Source of the DNA: Squalus acanthias
Taxonomy: Eukaryota
Reading direction: 5' to 3'
NCBI GenBank assembly: GCA_030390025.1
Contig: JASTWF010000036.1
Coordinates: 1,674,001 to 1,738,000 of the forward strand
Length of the DNA stretch: 64,000 bases
The position numbers and the translations under genes were made by a program. How positions within the stretch are numbered: the first letter of the stretch is position 1; every line of letters starts with the position of its first letter. Positions 60,021 to 64,000 of the stretch are shown one piece after another. The notes under the pieces were generated by a model. It had not been told where the DNA came from. It did no database searches and was given only the letters and a program-made list of their open reading frames with translations.

Positions 60021-63000
60021 TAAATAAATCTGGAATAAAAAGCTAGTATCAGTAATGGTGACCATGAAATTATCGGATTGTCGTAAAAACCCATCTGGTT
60101 CACTAATGTCCTTCAGGGAAGGAAATCTGCCGCCCTTACCCGGTCTGGCCTATATGTGACTCCAGACCCACAGCAATGTGGTTGACTCTTAACTGCCCTC
60201 TGAAATGGCCTAGCAAGTCACTCAGTTATAACTAACCGCTACGAAACATAATAAGAATGAAACTGGACGGACCACCCGGCATCAACCTCGGCACCGGCTA
60301 CGGACACGGCAACGGCACAACCAGCCCAGTCAACCCTGCAAAGTCCTCCTCACCAACATCTGGGGACTTGTGCCAAAATTGGGAGAGCTGTCCCACAGAC
60401 TAGTCAAGCAACAGCCTGACATAGTCATACTCACGGAATCATACCTTTCAGCCAATCCCTGGGTATGTCCTGTCCCACCGGCAGGACAGACCCACCAGGG
60501 GTGGCGGCACAGTGACATACAGTCGGGAAGGAGTGGCCCTGGGAGTCCTCAACATTGACTATGGACCCCATGAAGACTCATGGCTTCAGGTCAAGCATGG
60601 GCAAGGAAACCTCCTGCTGATTACCACCTACCGCCCTCCCTCAGCTGATGAATCAGTACTCCTCCGTGTTGAACACCACTTGGAAGAAGCACTGAGAGTA
60701 GCAAGGGCACAGAATGTACTCTGGGTGGGGGACTTCAATGTCCATCACCAAGAGTGGCTCGGTAGCACCACTACTGACTGAGCTGGCCGAGTCCTGAAGG
60801 ACATAACTGCCAGTCTGGGCCTGCGACAAGTGGTGAGAGAATCAACATGAGGGAAAAACCTACTTGACCTCGTCCTCACCAATCTACCTGTTGCAGATAC
60901 ATCTGTCCATGACAGTATTGGTAGCAGTGACCACCGCACAGTCCTTGTGGAGACGAAGTCCCATCTTCACACTGAGGACACCCTCCATCGTGTTGTGTGG
61001 CACTACCACCGTGCTAAATGGGATAGATTCAGAACAGATCTAGCAGCTCAAAACTGGGCATCCATGAGGCGCTGTGGGCCATCAGCAGCAGCAGAATTGT
61101 ATTCCACCACAATCTGTAACCTCATGGCCCGGCATATCCCTCACTCTACCATTACCACCAAGCCAGGGGACCAACCCTGGTTCAATAACGAGTGTCGAAG
61201 AGCATGCCAGGAGCAGCACCAGGTGTATCTAAAAATGAGGTGCAAACCTGGGGAAGCTGCAACACAGGACTGCATGCATGCTAAAAAGCGGAAGCAGCAT
61301 GCTATAGACAGGGCTAAGCGATCCCACAATCAACGGATCAGATCAAAGCTCTGCAGTCCTGCCACATCCAGTCGTGAATGGTGGTGGACCATTAAACAAC
61401 TAACGGGAGGAGGAAGCTCCATGAATATCCCCATCCTCAATGATGGTGGAGCCCAGCACGTGAGTGCAAAAGACAAGGCTGAAGCGTATGCAACCATCTT
61501 CAGCCAGAAGTGCCGAGTGGATGATCCATATCGGCCTCCTCCTGCGGTCCCCACCATCACAGAAGCCAGTCTTCAGCCAATTCGATTCACTCCACGTGAT
61601 ATCAAGAAACGGCTGAGCGCACTGGATACAGCAAAAGCTATGGGCCCCGACAACATCCCGGCTATCGTGCTGAAGACTTGTGCTCCAGAACTAGCCGCGC
61701 CTCTAGCCAAGCTGTTCCAGTACAGCTACAACACTGGCATCTATCCGACAATGTGGAAAACTGCCCAGGTATGTCCTGTCCACAAAAAGCAGGACAAATC
61801 CAACCCGGCCAATTACCGCCCCATCTGTCTGCTCTCAATCATCAGCAAAGTGATGGAAGGTGTCGTCGACAGTGCTATCAAGCAGCACTTACTCACCAAT
61901 AACCTGCTCACTGATGCCCAGTTTGGGTTCCGCCAAGACCACTCGGCTCCCGACCTCATTACAGCCTTGGTCCAAACATGGACAAAGAAGCTGAATTCCA
62001 GAGGTGAGGTGAGAGTGACTGCCCTTGACATCAAGGCAGCATTTGACCGAGTGTGGCATCAAGGAGCCCTAGTAAAACTGAAGTCAATGGGAATCAGGGG
62101 GAAAATGCTCGACTGGCTGGAGTCATACCTGGCACAAAGGAAGATAGTTGTGGTGATTGAAGGTCAATCATCACAGCCCCCAGACATCGCTGCAGGAGTT
62201 CCTCAGGGCAGTGTCCTAGGCCCAACCATCTTCAGCTGCTTCATCAATGACCTTCCCTCCAACATAAGGTCAGAAATGGGAATGTTCGCTGATGACTGCA
62301 CAGTGTTCAGCGCCATTCACAACTCCTCAGATAATGAAGCAGTCCATGCCCACATGCAACAAGACCTGGACAACGTTCAGGCTTGGGCTGATAAATGGCA
62401 GGTAACATTCGCGCCACAGAAGTCCCAGGCAATGACTATCTCCAACAAGCAAGAATCTAACCACCTCCCCTTGACATTCAACGGCATTACCATCGCCGAA
62501 TCCCCCACCATCAACACCCTGGGGGTCACCATTAACCAGAAACTTAACTGGACCAGCCACATAAATACTGTGGCAACAAGAGCAGGTCAGAGGCTAGGTA
62601 TTCTGTGGCGAGTGTCTCATCTCCTGACTCCCCAAAGCCTTTCCACCATCTACAAGGCACAAGTCAGGAGTGTGATGGAATACTCTCCACTTGCCTGGAT
62701 GAGTGCAGCTCCAACAACACTCAAGAAGCTCAACAACATCCAGGACAAAGCAGTCTGCTTGATTGGCACCCCATCCACCACCTTAAACATTCACTCCCTC
62801 CACCACCGGCGTACCGTGGCTGCAGTGTGTACCATCTACAAGATGCACTGCAGCAACTCGCCAAGGCTTCTTCGGCAGCACCTCCCAAACCCGTGACCTC
62901 TACCACCTAGAAGGACAAGGGCAGCAGGCGCATGGGAACACCACCACCTCCAAGTTCCCCTCCAAGTCACACACCATCCTGACTTAGAAGTATTTCGGCC

Positions 63001-63193
63001 GTTCCTTCATCATCGCTGGGTCAAAATCCTGGAACTCCCTCCCTAACAGCACTGTGGGAGTACCTTCACCACACGGACTGCAGCGGTTCAAGAAGGCGGC
63101 TCACCACCACCTTCTCAAGGGGAACTATGGATGGGCAGTAATTGCTGGCCTTGCCAGCGATGCACAGATCCCATAAGCGAGTTAAAAAAAAAA
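60021..63193 (+). mobile_element. Non-LTR retrotransposon (CR1-group-like, APE and RT, A-tailed) with no visible ORF1
   Basis: PDIVILTES, TTYRPPS, WVGDFN, SDH; RT with NYRPI, QFGFR, ALDIKAAFDRVWH, GVPQGSVLGP, FADD. Confidence 0.92.
60947..62896 (+). pseudogene. LINE reverse transcriptase ORF segment (649 aa open)
   Basis: ORF track; the upstream endonuclease portion has TGA stops and a deletion. Confidence 0.9.
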
Positions 63194-63519
63194 TAGTGCC
63201 ATGGGATCTTTTACGTTCACCTGAGAGAGCAAACAGGGCCTCGGTTTAACATCTCATCCGAAAGATAGCACCTCCGACAGTGCAGCACTCCCTCAGCACT
63301 GCACTGGAGTGTCAGCCTAGCTTTATGTGTTTAAGTCTCCTGGAGTGGGACTTGAACCCACAACTTTCTGACTCAGAGGCAAGTGTGCTACCCACTGAGC
63401 CACAGCTGACACAGGAGACAGGGAAATTTTACTGAGCTGCAAAAATAGAAGGCAATTAGATAAAGCATTTTCCGAATCTATCTGTCTAAAACCCGTGGGA
63501 TAATAAGCCCAGAAAATAA

Positions 63520-64000
63520 GGGGTAAAAATTCAGTTGGTTGCGCCTCCCGTTAGCGCCTTAAGAGGGCGCTAATGGGGCGCAAAGCCGCTAACGCCCGGG
63601 CGCAGCGATGTTTGCGCCGCTCGGGAACTTAACTAGAGATTGTGCGGCGGCGCTAAACCTTACCGCTGCGACCACCTGCGCGCGCAGATTGTGACGTCAT
63701 TCCATGGTGCAACGCCCTTGTGGCGCCCCGGAGCGGAAATTGAGTGGCGCCCCCTGCCTTACCGCCTGGCGCATCCAACGACCGGAAGACTGGACCGCTA
63801 TCAATCGCTGTGGGGCTGGGGGGGGGCGCTATTTAAAGGGGGCCTCTTCCTGTCTTTTTCTGTGGTGGACATTTTTGCACCACTCGTTCTGAGAGAGAGA
63901 GAGAGATTCGGAGAGAGAGAAAGAGAGACTTCTGCATTGACTCAACGCTTTGTGAGGTAGTTTTGCCTACTGATCCTAACTTCGCTAGTACTTTAGTTGC
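63520..64000 (+). mobile_element. GC-rich Harbinger element, runs off the window end
   Basis: TAA then GGGGTAAAAATTCAGTTGGTTGCGCCTCCCGTTAGCGCC, nearly identical to the start of the 58695 copy. Confidence 0.88.

Larger units (their letters stand above)
59765..63412 (-). mobile_element. DeuSINE-like SINE split by a 3.2-kb LINE (pieces 59765-60020 and 63191-63412)
   Basis: cttcgaaat | LINE | aaatagtgccatggg restores the consensus cttcgaaatagtgccatggg. Confidence 0.88.

Overview
Eukaryotic genomic DNA, very probably from a cartilaginous fish (shark). This is inferred from the repeat families present (HE1/V-SINE-like, SacSINE/DeuSINE-like, CR1, L2, Penelope) and from the ASIC1b sequence. The only host gene I can recognise is the ASIC1b-specific first coding exon of an acid-sensing ion channel (+, 4443-5045). 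It has a TATA box upstream and a phase-0 GT donor. I saw no downstream exon, so the remaining ~59 kb looks intronic and is dense with nested mobile elements: CR1, L2 and a single-ORF LINE, three SINE families, hAT and PIF/Harbinger MITEs, a two-gene Harbinger relic, and Penelope-derived fold-back insertions. The most notable signals are: minimal hammerhead ribozyme motifs in the Penelope fold-backs (an intact head-to-head pair at 25287-25323 and 25629-25665); a GC-rich Harbinger MITE family carrying a CRE-TATA-YY1 cassette; a poly(A) retro-insertion into a SINE tRNA head; a 160-bp templated inverted duplication; and a SINE with its apparent partner LINE. All calls were made by eye, and repeat boundaries are approximate unless TSDs are given.
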